Part shown: positions 28,497-38,760 of the stretch, piece by piece
Layout of the letters: every line of letters starts with the position of its first letter
Numbering within the stretch: the first letter of the stretch is position 1
From: a bacterium
GTDB taxonomy: Bacteria; UBA8248; JACPRG01; G963555815
Reading direction: 5' to 3'
Assembly: GCA_965218795.1 (NCBI GenBank)
Contig: OZ244653.1
Span: 1,920,001-1,984,000 of the forward strand
DNA length: 64,000 bases
The notes under the pieces: generated by a model
The model's input: only the letters and a program-made list of their open reading frames with translations
Database searches by the model: none
Told to the model about the DNA's origin: nothing
Translations under genes and position numbers: made by a program

Positions 28497-30781
28497 GAGC
28501 CGTTCCTCTTTTTCTTTCCCAAAGCCGCCAGCACCTTGTCAGGCGTAATGGGGAGGTCGTGAATCCGGACACCGATGGCATCATAGACCGCGTTCGCAAT
28601 CGCCGCGGCCGTGGGGATCTGCACGAACTCACCGACGCCCTTGGCGCCGAAGGGGCCTTCCTCCTCCCGGGTCTCCACGATGATGGTCTGCATCTCGGGC
28701 ATGTCCGTCACCTGGGGCAGGCGGTACTCCAACAGCGACGGATTCAGCATCAACCCGTCGCGCGCGTAAAAGCCTTCCATCAGGGCCTGACCGAGCCCGC
28801 CGGAGACCGAGCCTTCCACCTGGCCTTCAACGGCCGTCGGATTGATGGCCACGCCGCAATCGATGGCGCTGCTCATCCGCGTCACCTTCACGTGCCCCGA
28901 CTCCAGGTTGACGTCTACCTCCGCTACCTGGGCCCCGAAGCTGTAAGCGGGCGAGGTGTTGCCCACGCCGGTTTCCCGGTTCAGCCGGTCGGTCTGCGGG
29001 TTATACGCCCCCCTTCCCACAATGGGCGTTCCGGACACCTGGTTGAAATTGTGCTGAATCACCTCTTCCACGGTCGCCCTGACGTCGGGGGCCGCCTCGA
29101 CCCTCGCGAATCCGTTTTCGAACACGATATCCTCTGCAGCCGCCTCCAGGAGATCGGCCGCCGCTTCCAGCAACTGCTCCTTGGCATCAGTGGCGGCCCG
29201 CTTGACAGCGTTGCCGGCGATGAAGGTGACACGGCTCGCGTAGGACCCCAGGTCCATCGGGGTCACCTCGGTGTCCGCCGTCGTCATTTCAATCTTGTGA
29301 TAGGGGATCCCCAGTTCCTCGGCCGCAATCATGGCCAGCACGGTGTCGGACCCTTGGCCTACGTCCGACGCCCCCGTCAGAACGTTCGCCGTACCGTCGT
29401 CATTGAGCTTCACCATCGCGGCCGATGAATCGTGCGGAAGGAGCGATTTGAAGCCGCAGGTATGGTGTCCGCAGGCGAGGCCGATGCCCTTGCCGAATGG
29501 AAGCTTGCCCCACTGCTCCTGAAACCGGGTAGCCTCGCTCACTTGTTCCATGCACTCCTTCAGTCCGCAGGATGTAATTACCGCTTCGTTGGGAGTGATG
29601 TCTCCCTCTTCGCGCAGGTTGATGCGTCGGAACTCCACAGGATCCATGCCGATTTCGGTGGCGATGATGTCCATCTGGCTGTCGTCGGCAAATCTCATCT
29701 GCGGGTTGCCGAATCCGCGGAAGGCGCTCCCGGGAGGATTATTCGTATAGACGAGGTACCCGTCGAAGTGAATGTTCGGGGTCCGGTACAGGACGGTGAT
29801 GTAGTTGGGGCATGAGGCCAGGATATCCGGTCCCCGTCCATTGTACGCCCCGTTTTCCATGATCATGTGGCAGTCTTTGGCGATGACGCGGCCGTCCTGG
29901 GTCACACCGGTCTTGAGCGTGATCTTCGTCGGATGACGCTGGCGGGTGGCCGAGAAGACCTCCTCCCGCGTATACGTCACCTTGACCGGACGGCCGGTCT
30001 TCGTGGCGAGGATGGCTGCCGAAAAGTCATTGGCCATCATCTCGCGCTTGCCGCCGAACGCGCCTCCCACCTTCGGCTTAATGACGCGAACGCGCGTCAA
30101 GGGTAATTGAAGGGTCTTGGCCATGTTGGACTGCACGAGAAACGGCGTTTGGCATGAAGACCAGACCGTGATCTTTCCGACCGGGTCGTACTCGGCCACT
30201 GACGCGTGGGGTTCAATGGCCGCATGATTCACGAGCTGCGTCTCGAAGGAATGCTCAAAGAAATATTCGGCCTCGGCAAACCCCTTTTCCACATCACCGT
30301 AGGTCAGATGGGTGCGGCGGGAGATGTTCCGGGACGCGTCATAGATATCGTCATTCTGCTCATGGATGACGGGCGCGCCCTCCCGCATGGCTTTGACGGG
30401 GTCTTGGACCGATGGGAGGACCTCGTAGTCGACATCGATATATTCGAGAGCGGCTTCCGCTGTTTCCTCGTCAGTCGCGGCAACCGCCGCTACCTCGTCC
30501 CCGATGAACCGGACCTTGTCCATCGCCAGCCCGTACTCGTCGGGAATGGTTCCGTAACTGATCCCGGGAGTGTCCTTGCCGAATACGACGGCCCGGACGC
30601 CGGGGAGGGCCAAGGCGCGATCGGCATTGACGTTCAGAATACGGGCGTGTGCGTGGGGGCTTCGCAGGAGCTTCCCGTACAACATGCCCGGTAAATAGAA
30701 ATCATCGGCGTATTTTGCATCGCCGGTGACCTTCTGGAGCCCGTCATTGCGGGGCAGCCGCTTCCCGATGGCCGTTGTCAT
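28493..30781 (-). CDS. Xanthine oxidase-family molybdopterin subunit (HcrA-like)
   Basis: GGAFGGK, AFRGFGNPQ, GQGSDT, ASRVT, GAKGVGE. Confidence 0.93.
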   Translation of the reverse strand: MTTAIGKRLPRNDGLQKVTGDAKYADDFYLPGMLYGKLLRSPHAHARILNVNADRALALPGVRAVVFGKDTPGISYGTIPDEYGLAMDKVRFIGDEVAAVAATDEETAEAALEYIDVDYEVLPSVQDPVKAMREGAPVIHEQNDDIYDASRNISRRTHLTYGDVEKGFAEAEYFFEHSFETQLVNHAAIEPHASVAEYDPVGKITVWSSCQTPFLVQSNMAKTLQLPLTRVRVIKPKVGGAFGGKREMMANDFSAAILATKTGRPVKVTYTREEVFSATRQRHPTKITLKTGVTQDGRVIAKDCHMIMENGAYNGRGPDILASCPNYITVLYRTPNIHFDGYLVYTNNPPGSAFRGFGNPQMRFADDSQMDIIATEIGMDPVEFRRINLREEGDITPNEAVITSCGLKECMEQVSEATRFQEQWGKLPFGKGIGLACGHHTCGFKSLLPHDSSAAMVKLNDDGTANVLTGASDVGQGSDTVLAMIAAEELGIPYHKIEMTTADTEVTPMDLGSYASRVTFIAGNAVKRAATDAKEQLLEAAADLLEAAAEDIVFENGFARVEAAPDVRATVEEVIQHNFNQVSGTPIVGRGAYNPQTDRLNRETGVGNTSPAYSFGAQVAEVDVNLESGHVKVTRMSSAIDCGVAINPTAVEGQVEGSVSGGLGQALMEGFYARDGLMLNPSLLEYRLPQVTDMPEMQTIIVETREEEGPFGAKGVGEFVQIPTAAAIANAVYDAIGVRIHDLPITPDKVLAALGKKKRNGS

Positions 30782-31022
30782 CCGCTTCTCCCCTTCTCAT
30801 ATAGAGGGATTCCGTCGCATCCAGCTCCAAGCGGGAATCACATGTTTCGATCTGACCTTGGGCCCGAACGGAGAATAAGACCCACTCATACCGAAGAAAC
30901 CCTGGAGGATGGAGTAGCCTGTTGCGAAATAAGTACTCTTGTCCGGCGCCCCCAATCCATCATTCACGTTGATTGTACTGGATCAAAGGCCGATCTTTCA
31001 ATCGATAATGGGTCTTCGCGGC

Positions 31023-32177
31023 TCATCCGGTCACCATGCCCAACAGCCGCTCACCTGCATCGCGCAGGGTCTCCTCTTTTTTCGAGAAGGTGAAACGGAC
31101 AAAATCCTTCCCCAGACCGTGCGTGTGGTAAAAACTGCTTCCCGGGACTGTTGCCACGCCGTGTTCCCGCACCAGCCGCATGGCGAAATCGACATCATCC
31201 TTCGCGTCAAAACCGGACACATCCGCCATGATGTAATAAGCGCCTTGGGGCTCGATGAAGGGAAACTCCGCTCTCCGCAAATAATGCTGCAAGAATCCCC
31301 GCTTCTCCTCATACATCGATGAGAGCCCTTCGTAGTAGGAATCAGGGAGGGAGAGAGCGACCGCCGCGGCTTCCTGTAGCGGAGCGGCGGCTCCAACGGT
31401 CAGGAAGTCGTGAACCTTGCGAATTCCATCGGTGATGGGTGGCGGAGCCAGGACATACCCAACCCTCCACCCCGTGACGCTGTACGTTTTCGACAAACTG
31501 TTGATGGTGACGGTCCGCTCCCGCATGCCGTCGATTGCGGCCAGGCTGATGTGCCTTCTCCCATCAAAAATGATGTGTTCGTAGACCTCATCCGTCACAG
31601 CTACGAGGTTGAACTCAACGCAGAGATCCCGAATCCGCTCCAGCTCCTCCAGGGTGAAAACGTGGCCGGTGGGGTTATGCGGAGTATTGACGATGATCGT
31701 CTTGGTCGAGGGACCAATAGCCGCTCTCAAATCGTCCGGGTCAAAAGTAAATTCCGGAGCGCGAAGAGGGACAAACTTCGGAACCGACCCGCTCAGAATC
31801 GTATCGGGTCCGTAATTCTCGTAGAACGGCTCAAAAACAACGACCTCATCCCCCGGGTTCAGCAGAGCCATAAGCGTTGCGATCATCCCCTCCGTGGCGC
31901 CGCAGACAACGGTAACCTCCTCTTCGGGATGAATGTCAAAGCCATTGAACCGGGCGGTTTTCCGCGCGATGGCCTCGCGAATGCTCTGTGCTCCCCACGT
32001 GATGGCATACTGATTCCACCCTTCCGCGATGGCGCGCCGGGCCGCTTCCTTCACCTCATCCGGTCCATCGAAATCCGGAAATCCCTGGGCGAGATTCACG
32101 CCCCCGTAACGCGCGCACTCCCGGGTCATTCCTCGGATAACGGATTCGGTAAACCGTTCGACTCGTTTGGAGAGCAT
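31023..32177 (-). CDS. Class I/II PLP aminotransferase (YbdL/methionine-kynurenine type)
   Basis: NLAQGFPDF, NTPHNPTG, DEVYEH, SLSKTYSVTGWRVG. Confidence 0.93.
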   Translation of the reverse strand: MLSKRVERFTESVIRGMTRECARYGGVNLAQGFPDFDGPDEVKEAARRAIAEGWNQYAITWGAQSIREAIARKTARFNGFDIHPEEEVTVVCGATEGMIATLMALLNPGDEVVVFEPFYENYGPDTILSGSVPKFVPLRAPEFTFDPDDLRAAIGPSTKTIIVNTPHNPTGHVFTLEELERIRDLCVEFNLVAVTDEVYEHIIFDGRRHISLAAIDGMRERTVTINSLSKTYSVTGWRVGYVLAPPPITDGIRKVHDFLTVGAAAPLQEAAAVALSLPDSYYEGLSSMYEEKRGFLQHYLRRAEFPFIEPQGAYYIMADVSGFDAKDDVDFAMRLVREHGVATVPGSSFYHTHGLGKDFVRFTFSKKEETLRDAGERLLGMVTG

Positions 32178-32233
32178 GGCGTTCCCAGCTGATTCCGGCG
32201 GCATCCTCGCCGAAAACAGGATTCGTCAATGCG

Positions 32234-33667
32234 TCAGAAAGACTGGAGGTCCTCTGAAAATACAGGGTGGCCGGGAGCGGAACCGCCGTCCTGACCGATA
32301 GAGGTCTGGAACACCGAGGGGTCGAATTCCGGCATCGGCACTTGCCTGAACCGGTCAAGGTCTCCCTGGGGGACCGTTGCATCCATGACCATCTTGGTCC
32401 GGATGCCCCCTGAGACCGGAACATATTCGTGCCCCCGGGCCCCTGGGATAAGAACCAAGTCGTTCTCCGCGTTGAACCGCGTGGCCACCGCCCATTCCAC
32501 CTGTTCCGGATTATGCGGATCGATATCCTCGTCCACCAGCGTGACCAGATCGATATCCTTCAGGGCGGCGAGAGCGGCGAACACTGCGTTTCTCTGGAAA
32601 CCTTCGTCGGCCGGCCGTTCCTTTTTCACCTGAATCACCAGATGGAACCGGCACAACCCTCCCGACGTCAGGCAGACATCCTGAACGATGGGTACGGCCG
32701 CCCTGACCATGCGAAGGATGCCGGGCTCCATCAGCGGCTTGCGAATCAGGCGTACCTCTCCGCCGCTGATGTCGTAATAAATCGGCCGGTCCCGGTGCGT
32801 GACCGCACGGACCTCGAACACCGGCGACAGGCTCTGCTCCGCGTACATCCCGACAAACTCAAGGAACGGCCCTTCCTCCACCCGCTCCTTTGGGAGCATG
32901 GCGCCTTCCAGGATGATTTCCGAAGACGCCGGAACTTCCACATCCACCGTCAGACATTTCACAAGCTCCAACGCCTCTCCCTTGAGACCCGAGGCCCAAG
33001 CCAGCTCATCCCGATCCTGGGGAATATGCGAGCCCATACTGGCTGCCGCGAAAAACAAGGACAGATCAGGTCCGATGACGACGGCAATCTCAAGTTCCCG
33101 GCCATCATCTTCGGCGCGTTCGTAGAGGGACCGAAGATGCCGGCCCAGGTCGAGCTGGACAGCCGTCCGATTCCCGCCCAGGAGCTGCAACCGGTGGAAA
33201 GAGGCGTTTCGAATCCCGTTCTCGTCCTTGGCGATCACGATGCCGCCCGTCACAAAGCGTCCCGCATCGTCCGGCATGTGAAAGGGGACCGGGAACAACG
33301 CTCCCAGGTCGATACAATCAGTGATGACGACCTCCTGGCACCGCCCTTTTTCGACTTCGACGGGGGCGATGGGTTCGTCGACCGCACGCTGAACAGCCCC
33401 GCGGAGTCCCTGGAGGTCCACACCCATTGCAGTCAAAGCATTCTTCCGGCTCGCGAGGAGATTGCAACAAACAGGCGTATCCCAACCTCTTACCCGTTCA
33501 AAGAAAAAGGCCAGATCGCCGTCGAGATTTTTCACAAACGCGGACAACTCAAGGTGGGGGTCAATGGGGCTCAGGACACGCTGGATCCGGCCTTCCGCGT
33601 GAAGACGGCGAATGACAGACCGAAAAGCGGTATCGAGCACACCCAATTCATTCATTTCATGGCCCAT
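32234..33667 (-). CDS. UbiD-family decarboxylase (paralog 2)
   Basis: RNASFHR, VPASSEIILEG, EGPFLEF, VDEDIDP..VEWAVATRF. Confidence 0.92.
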   Translation of the reverse strand: MGHEMNELGVLDTAFRSVIRRLHAEGRIQRVLSPIDPHLELSAFVKNLDGDLAFFFERVRGWDTPVCCNLLASRKNALTAMGVDLQGLRGAVQRAVDEPIAPVEVEKGRCQEVVITDCIDLGALFPVPFHMPDDAGRFVTGGIVIAKDENGIRNASFHRLQLLGGNRTAVQLDLGRHLRSLYERAEDDGRELEIAVVIGPDLSLFFAAASMGSHIPQDRDELAWASGLKGEALELVKCLTVDVEVPASSEIILEGAMLPKERVEEGPFLEFVGMYAEQSLSPVFEVRAVTHRDRPIYYDISGGEVRLIRKPLMEPGILRMVRAAVPIVQDVCLTSGGLCRFHLVIQVKKERPADEGFQRNAVFAALAALKDIDLVTLVDEDIDPHNPEQVEWAVATRFNAENDLVLIPGARGHEYVPVSGGIRTKMVMDATVPQGDLDRFRQVPMPEFDPSVFQTSIGQDGGSAPGHPVFSEDLQSF

Positions 33668-33751
33668 TTCAATTTCTTCCGAAGGCGGCCCGCGTCCGGG
33701 CATGACCGGATTTCTACGACGGGCCCACACGGAACTCAGGTTGAATCCGGT

Positions 33752-34105
33752 TCAGGCATGCGCGGGCGGAATTGTGAAGCGAATGAAACCAAACCCATCA
33801 TCGGAGCAATCCGTAAAGCGGCAGACCTCTCCGGCTTCCGCGTAAATGCCATGGCCCGCGCGCACGCCCTGCCGAAGGTCCCCCAGTTCGGCCTCCGCTG
33901 CACCCCGCAAGACATAGAAGAACTGTCGGGCCCTCTCCACCCGGAAGGTCTCGGAGGACGCACCCGACGCCAATTCATAGAATTCCGCCTCGACATTCCT
34001 GGCCTCTACGGTTTCCGGGGTAATCAGTCTCGACCTCCGGCCTCCGCCCCCCTCGAAACCGACTGCTTCAACGGGAAGGTTTTCAGTTCGAATGAAATGA
34101 ATCAT
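33752..34105 (-). CDS. Cupin-fold protein lacking the His metal ligands
   Basis: QFFYVLRG..VRAGHGIYAEAGE cupin pattern, but no HxH. Confidence 0.65.
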   Translation of the reverse strand: MIHFIRTENLPVEAVGFEGGGGRRSRLITPETVEARNVEAEFYELASGASSETFRVERARQFFYVLRGAAEAELGDLRQGVRAGHGIYAEAGEVCRFTDCSDDGFGFIRFTIPPAHA

Positions 34106-34118
34106 TCGGCGCTTCCCC

Positions 34119-34535
34119 TCAGCTCTGTTTCCAGACCCGCCCGTCGGTATGAAACCACCGCAGGTCCATATCTCCACCTTCCAGAATTGTCGTCCTGAAA
34201 CGATTCGGAACTTGAAACTCGAGAAACTTCAGTTCGCCTTCCAAGGATTTCATCCGGTGCTCGTCACCCTCGTGGATAAAGATGAGCGTCCCGGGCTCAA
34301 CCGGGATTTCACCATCCTCAGTGACGACCACCCCGCGGCCTCCCAGGATGTACTGGAAATGCTCGCATCCCTCATGGAAGTGATAGGGGGATTGAATTCC
34401 GGGCAGATACGTCAGAACCCCCGCAAGAAATTCGTCCGTCCCTGCAAGCTCCTTGCTGACGAAAAACACCCGCTCCCGTCCCGGCCGCTCGGAGACCAGT
34501 TTTTCCAGTTCGGATTCGTGAACGATGTAGCCCAT
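34119..34535 (-). CDS. Cupin domain protein
   Basis: PYHFH..EHFQYILGGRG..PG.LIFI..GDEH. Confidence 0.88.
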   Translation of the reverse strand: MGYIVHESELEKLVSERPGRERVFFVSKELAGTDEFLAGVLTYLPGIQSPYHFHEGCEHFQYILGGRGVVVTEDGEIPVEPGTLIFIHEGDEHRMKSLEGELKFLEFQVPNRFRTTILEGGDMDLRWFHTDGRVWKQS

Positions 34536-34888
34536 GCGCGATTTCTATCCAATGGATATAAAGGCTCAATCACAAGTGAAAATCACATCATCCATTTTCT
34601 TCTCATAAGTCTATTCTGCTCTGAGGGCACAGGCAAATGGTCGCGGACAGGCCCCAAAATCCGGCCCTATAGGGCGCACACCTCAGCCCCACTCAAGATC
34701 ATGAGTTTGGATGCCGATAAGGACTTACGTCGTGGGTCAAACAACCACGGGAGGGAAGGAACAAGAATGGCCCGAGCATACAGATAGGAATACCTAAGGT
34801 TGAGCCGGGATGAGAACACTGTCTCATTCGGCTCGATCCGCTTCAAGCGAGCCTGCCTGCGCGATAGACCGTCCAGGCCAGGGAATCG

Positions 34889-35482
34889 CTAACCCGAAAT
34901 CCGGTTTTGAAGCGCACCCAGGACGTCATCGGTCGGGTCCGCGCCCCAATAAGGGTTCCCGTCCACGATATAAGTCGGAATCCCCGTAACGCCCGCTGTT
35001 TCGCCTTGTCGGCGCAGTTCATCCAAATCAGCCGCATGGGTCTCCGTCTTCAGTGCCTCTCTCATGGATGAACCCTCCAGTCCGACCTGTTCGCCAAGCG
35101 AAACCAACACCTCGGTATCGCCGATATCCAGATCCTCCTGAAATCGGGCCGCGAACACGGCATCCCGGAATTCGTCCATCCGCCCATGATCGCGCGCAAA
35201 CAGCGTGGCCTGATGTGCCAGGCGGGTCCGGCATTTCTTCCATGGAAAATCGAGTTGCAGCTCATAGCGGGCTGCGAGGCTGTTGTGCTTGGCAAGCAGC
35301 TCTTCAGCCTGCTCAGGCGTGCGCTCCAGGAAATCCACACCTTCCGGCCGCCCCTCCCAAGGCACCCAACGAACCTTGACGCCGCCTTCCTGCTCCACTC
35401 GCTCCATCCCACGGAGGGCGATATAGCAATAGGGTCACGTATAGTCGGAGTACTTCAGAATCTCTTCGCGTGTCTCACCCAT
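34889..35482 (-). CDS. DsbA/FrnE-like thiol-disulfide oxidoreductase, probable selenoprotein (UPYC)
   Basis: ATG 35482 gives MGETREEILKYSDYT-[TGA 35435-37]-PYCY, in frame with the 34889..35407 ORF (GVTGIPTY cis-Pro motif); GC-rich hairpin just 3' of the UGA. Confidence 0.85.
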
Positions 35483-35693
35483 GTCGAATTTTCCTTATCC
35501 CCGAATCTTCCATTCAACCCCAATTGATGTGCCGGACAATCCTAGACAAGTCGCGCCGTCTCTTGCAACCTTTGTGCAAATATCCCCATGCGCGATGAGT
35601 TCAACGAGGACTGTGATAAAGTAGCTTCATTGACCGAACTCGGTCCATCCCGTGCCTCATCTCACTCGGTTTTTCGAACGTTCGGCGGAGAAC

Positions 35694-37091
35694 ATGGCAA
35701 TGCCGAAAGATTTGAGATCCTTCATTGAAGAGGTGGCTGAAAAGCGACCTGACGACCTCGTGCGCGTCGAGCGCGAGGTGGATCCGAAACATGAGCTCAC
35801 TGCCGTCGTCGAGAAACTTGAAAGGGCCGGCGAATTCCCCGCTGTCTATTTTGAACATGTGAAGGGCTCGGACTTTCCAATCATCATCAACTTGACCGCC
35901 TCCTATGACCGGCTCGCCATGGCTCTCGACACGGATCTGGACCAAATGGTGCAAACCTTCTGCGAGCGGGAGGAAAACCCCATTCCCCCCGTGGAGGTCT
36001 CCAGCGGCCCCGTCAAAGAAGTCGTCCTGACCGGAACGGATGCGGACCTCTCTATACTTCCGGTCACCACCCACAATGCCCTGGACGCGGGCCCTTACAT
36101 TTGTTCCGGACTGGGGATCTGCAAAGACCCGGAGACGGGCAAGCACAACGTGGGAATTTACCGTCACATGGTCCACGACCATAAGACCTTGGGCAATTGG
36201 ATTTATGAAGCGCATCACGGCTACTACGTCTGGCAGCGCTATACCACGCAGAACGAGCCAATGCCGTTCGCCATTGCGATCGGCCACCATCCGGGTGCGA
36301 TCATGGGAGCGATATCCCGTTATCCGGGTATCGGCGGCGAGTTCGACGGCTCAGGCGGGTTGATGAGCGAACCCCTGGAAGTCGTGCCCGCCGAAACGGT
36401 CGACCTGATGGTTCCCGCCCGCGCGGAAATCGTGGTCGAGGGCACCGTGCATCCAACCGAATTGAGGCAAGAGGGTCCGTTTGGAGAGTGGCCCCGCTAC
36501 TACACCGCAACCGGCCCCAAGCCCGTCATGACTGTTACTGCCATCACGATGCGCAGAGAACCCATCTTTTTCGACCTCTTTGCGGCCCACCCCGAACACA
36601 ACATCGTCGGGGGGCTTCCCCGGATGGGCAGCATCTATCGGCGGGTGAAAGAAGTGGTGCCCAGCGTCAAAGCCGTGAATATGCCCATGAGCGGAGGGGC
36701 TCGCGCACATGCCTACATTTCCCTGAAAAAGAGCGTGGACGGGGAGCCCAAACAGGCGGCCTTCGCGGCATTGATGGCTGAAAACAACGTCAAGCTGGTG
36801 ATCCTCGTCGACGATGACATCGACGTGTTCAACGAGTCCGAGGTGCTCTGGGCGGTGATGTCCCGCTTCGAGGCCGACCGGGATATGATTGTCATGCCCA
36901 ACTGTCTGGGGATGAAGGTCTTTCCAACAGCGTATGACATCACGCGAGACAATCATGGAACGATGAATACCAAGGTGATCATGGACGCGACCCGCCCCGC
37001 GCCGCCGACGCCGTTTCCGGAAAGGGCCCAGGTTCCACCCGAGTGGATCGAGAAAATCGACATCAAGGATTACATCAAACCCTGGGCATAG
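35694..37091 (+). CDS. UbiD-family decarboxylase (paralog 3)
   Basis: KDLRSFI, HNVGIYR, VPARAEIVVEG, EGPFGEW, VDDDIDVF. Confidence 0.93.
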   Translation: MAMPKDLRSFIEEVAEKRPDDLVRVEREVDPKHELTAVVEKLERAGEFPAVYFEHVKGSDFPIIINLTASYDRLAMALDTDLDQMVQTFCEREENPIPPVEVSSGPVKEVVLTGTDADLSILPVTTHNALDAGPYICSGLGICKDPETGKHNVGIYRHMVHDHKTLGNWIYEAHHGYYVWQRYTTQNEPMPFAIAIGHHPGAIMGAISRYPGIGGEFDGSGGLMSEPLEVVPAETVDLMVPARAEIVVEGTVHPTELRQEGPFGEWPRYYTATGPKPVMTVTAITMRREPIFFDLFAAHPEHNIVGGLPRMGSIYRRVKEVVPSVKAVNMPMSGGARAHAYISLKKSVDGEPKQAAFAALMAENNVKLVILVDDDIDVFNESEVLWAVMSRFEADRDMIVMPNCLGMKVFPTAYDITRDNHGTMNTKVIMDATRPAPPTPFPERAQVPPEWIEKIDIKDYIKPWA

Positions 37092-37103
37092 GTCTCGGCA
37101 CGG

Positions 37104-38210
37104 ATGAGTAACGCCGAACAGGTCGGTCGACCGGAGTCTGCCGGAAAACGTCCCGCCCTCAACCGGACCGACCGGGAAGTCCTTCTGACCGATCTTCTCC
37201 GGCGCGTCTCACGGTCCTTTTATCTGACCCTTCGAATCCTTCCGCCAAAGCTGCGAGTGCCCATCGGGCTTGCCTATTTATTGGCCCGCACGGCCGATAC
37301 CATCGCGGACACCCGGATCCTCCCGCCCGGGGAACGCCTCCGCCATCTGCTTTCCTTCCGCGCCCAGGTGCAGGGGCCGATGAATCCCGATGCCCTCCAG
37401 TCCATCTGCCTGACACTGACGGAACACGGACCCCAACCCGAGGAACGCGAGCTCCTGTCCTCGGCTCATGAAGCCTTTACCTTCCTGGAGGCGCTTCCTG
37501 ATGAGAACCGGAGGCGCATCCGGACGGTTGTCATTACCCTGACGGAAGGGATGGAGATGGACCTTCGAACCTTTCCTTCCGAGGTCTCGGGAGAGATCGG
37601 AGCCCTGGATGCGCCCGAGGAGTTGGACCGTTACATTTTCCTTGTCGCGGGATGCGTGGGGTCTTTTTGGACGGCCATGCTCACGGCCCACGCCGGCGCC
37701 CTCGCCCACTGGGACAGAGGGCGCATGTCGGAATCCGGAATCCGCTTCGGCAAGGCCCTTCAACTCACGAACGTACTCCGGGACGTGCCGAAAGACCTGC
37801 GAATCGGACGGTGCTATCTGCCCTCTCGCCAGATGAATTCAGAGGGTCTCGATCCAGTGGATCTCCGTGCACCCTCCAACAGTCTGAAAGCCCGCCCCCT
37901 CCTCGATGTCTGGCTCCAGACCGCACTCGATCATTACGGGGCGGCGGAAGAGTACTTGTTGGCCATCCCCAGGAGGTGCCCCCGACTGCGCCTCGCAGCT
38001 TTATGGCCCATACTGATCGGTCTCGAAACGCTGTCGCTTCTCGCACAGAAAACGGATTGGCTTGACCCGGAAAAACCGGTCAAGGTATCACGCAGGTGGG
38101 TATACCGAATGATCGCGCGTTCAATACCCGCCATTTTTTCAAATCGGCTCCTGTCTGTCTGGATCGCCCGGCTGCGACGGGACGTTCAGCGTGCGCTCCC
38201 CGCCGATTGA
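37104..38210 (+). CDS. Squalene/phytoene synthase family (SQS-type)
   Basis: VSRSF, YLLARTADTIAD, YIFLVAGCVG, FGKALQLTNVLRD..DL..GRCYLP. Confidence 0.9.
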   Translation: MSNAEQVGRPESAGKRPALNRTDREVLLTDLLRRVSRSFYLTLRILPPKLRVPIGLAYLLARTADTIADTRILPPGERLRHLLSFRAQVQGPMNPDALQSICLTLTEHGPQPEERELLSSAHEAFTFLEALPDENRRRIRTVVITLTEGMEMDLRTFPSEVSGEIGALDAPEELDRYIFLVAGCVGSFWTAMLTAHAGALAHWDRGRMSESGIRFGKALQLTNVLRDVPKDLRIGRCYLPSRQMNSEGLDPVDLRAPSNSLKARPLLDVWLQTALDHYGAAEEYLLAIPRRCPRLRLAALWPILIGLETLSLLAQKTDWLDPEKPVKVSRRWVYRMIARSIPAIFSNRLLSVWIARLRRDVQRALPAD

Positions 38211-38242
38211 TCCAACATGCTGGCACCCAAGGGATGAAAATG

Positions 38243-38530
38243 TATGACTGGGTTTCATTCCTGACAGATTGGATAAACTCCCTGACCGGCTCGGTCGCCT
38301 CCCCATCGTTTTTATCGATAACCTGGACCCGAATATTTGGCTTTCATGATCCGAACCCAAATCGTCTTTCCTTATCCAACAACAACTATTTGGCTTTGTT
38401 TGGTCCTTTTTTAATGTTTCACATACGCCCCAAAGAGACCAACCCATTGGCTTTTCCGATTGGTTGACCGCACATGCGCCACGATGAGGACGCTCGGTGT
38501 TGTAGTATTTCAGAGACTGTCTGTCGCCTG
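38243..38530 (-). mobile_element. IS481-family 3' remnant interrupted by an AT-rich insert
   Basis: LKYYNTERPH, then about 155 bp of unrelated DNA, then GYR..MGRRP and the same terminal sequence as 7010-7078. Confidence 0.65.
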
Positions 38531-38538
38531 CCAGCCAC

Positions 38539-38760
38539 TGGATTCCTGCTTGCGCAGGAATGACCGGGTAGGAGGTCACGTGGCCCATGTTCGTCATTCC
38601 CGCGAAAGCGGGAATCCACATCCCGGGCCGTCATTCAGCGCAGGTCATGCCCCCCCAATGCCTTCGTCAGGAGGCCTGCCCTCCATGGATTCCTGCTCCA
38701 CCCTGTCCTCGAATGTCTTCGTCAAGAGCAGGAATGACAGACTCTGGGCGGGAATGACCG
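38539..38760. repeat. REP-like palindrome cluster
   Basis: TGGATTCCTGCTTGCGCAGGAATGAC, GTCATTCCCGCGAAAGCGGGAATCCA and related hairpins with the same linker as 6870-6934. Confidence 0.85.

Noticed and set aside
30790-31010. Moco riboswitch upstream of the molybdoenzyme
   Set aside because: Only a short CCTCCAGGGT resemblance; the conserved multi-stem structure could not be built by eye (an Rfam cmsearch would settle it)
38539-38760. CRISPR array
   Set aside because: Alternating-orientation palindromes with conserved linkers are REP/BIME-like, not direct repeats with unique spacers
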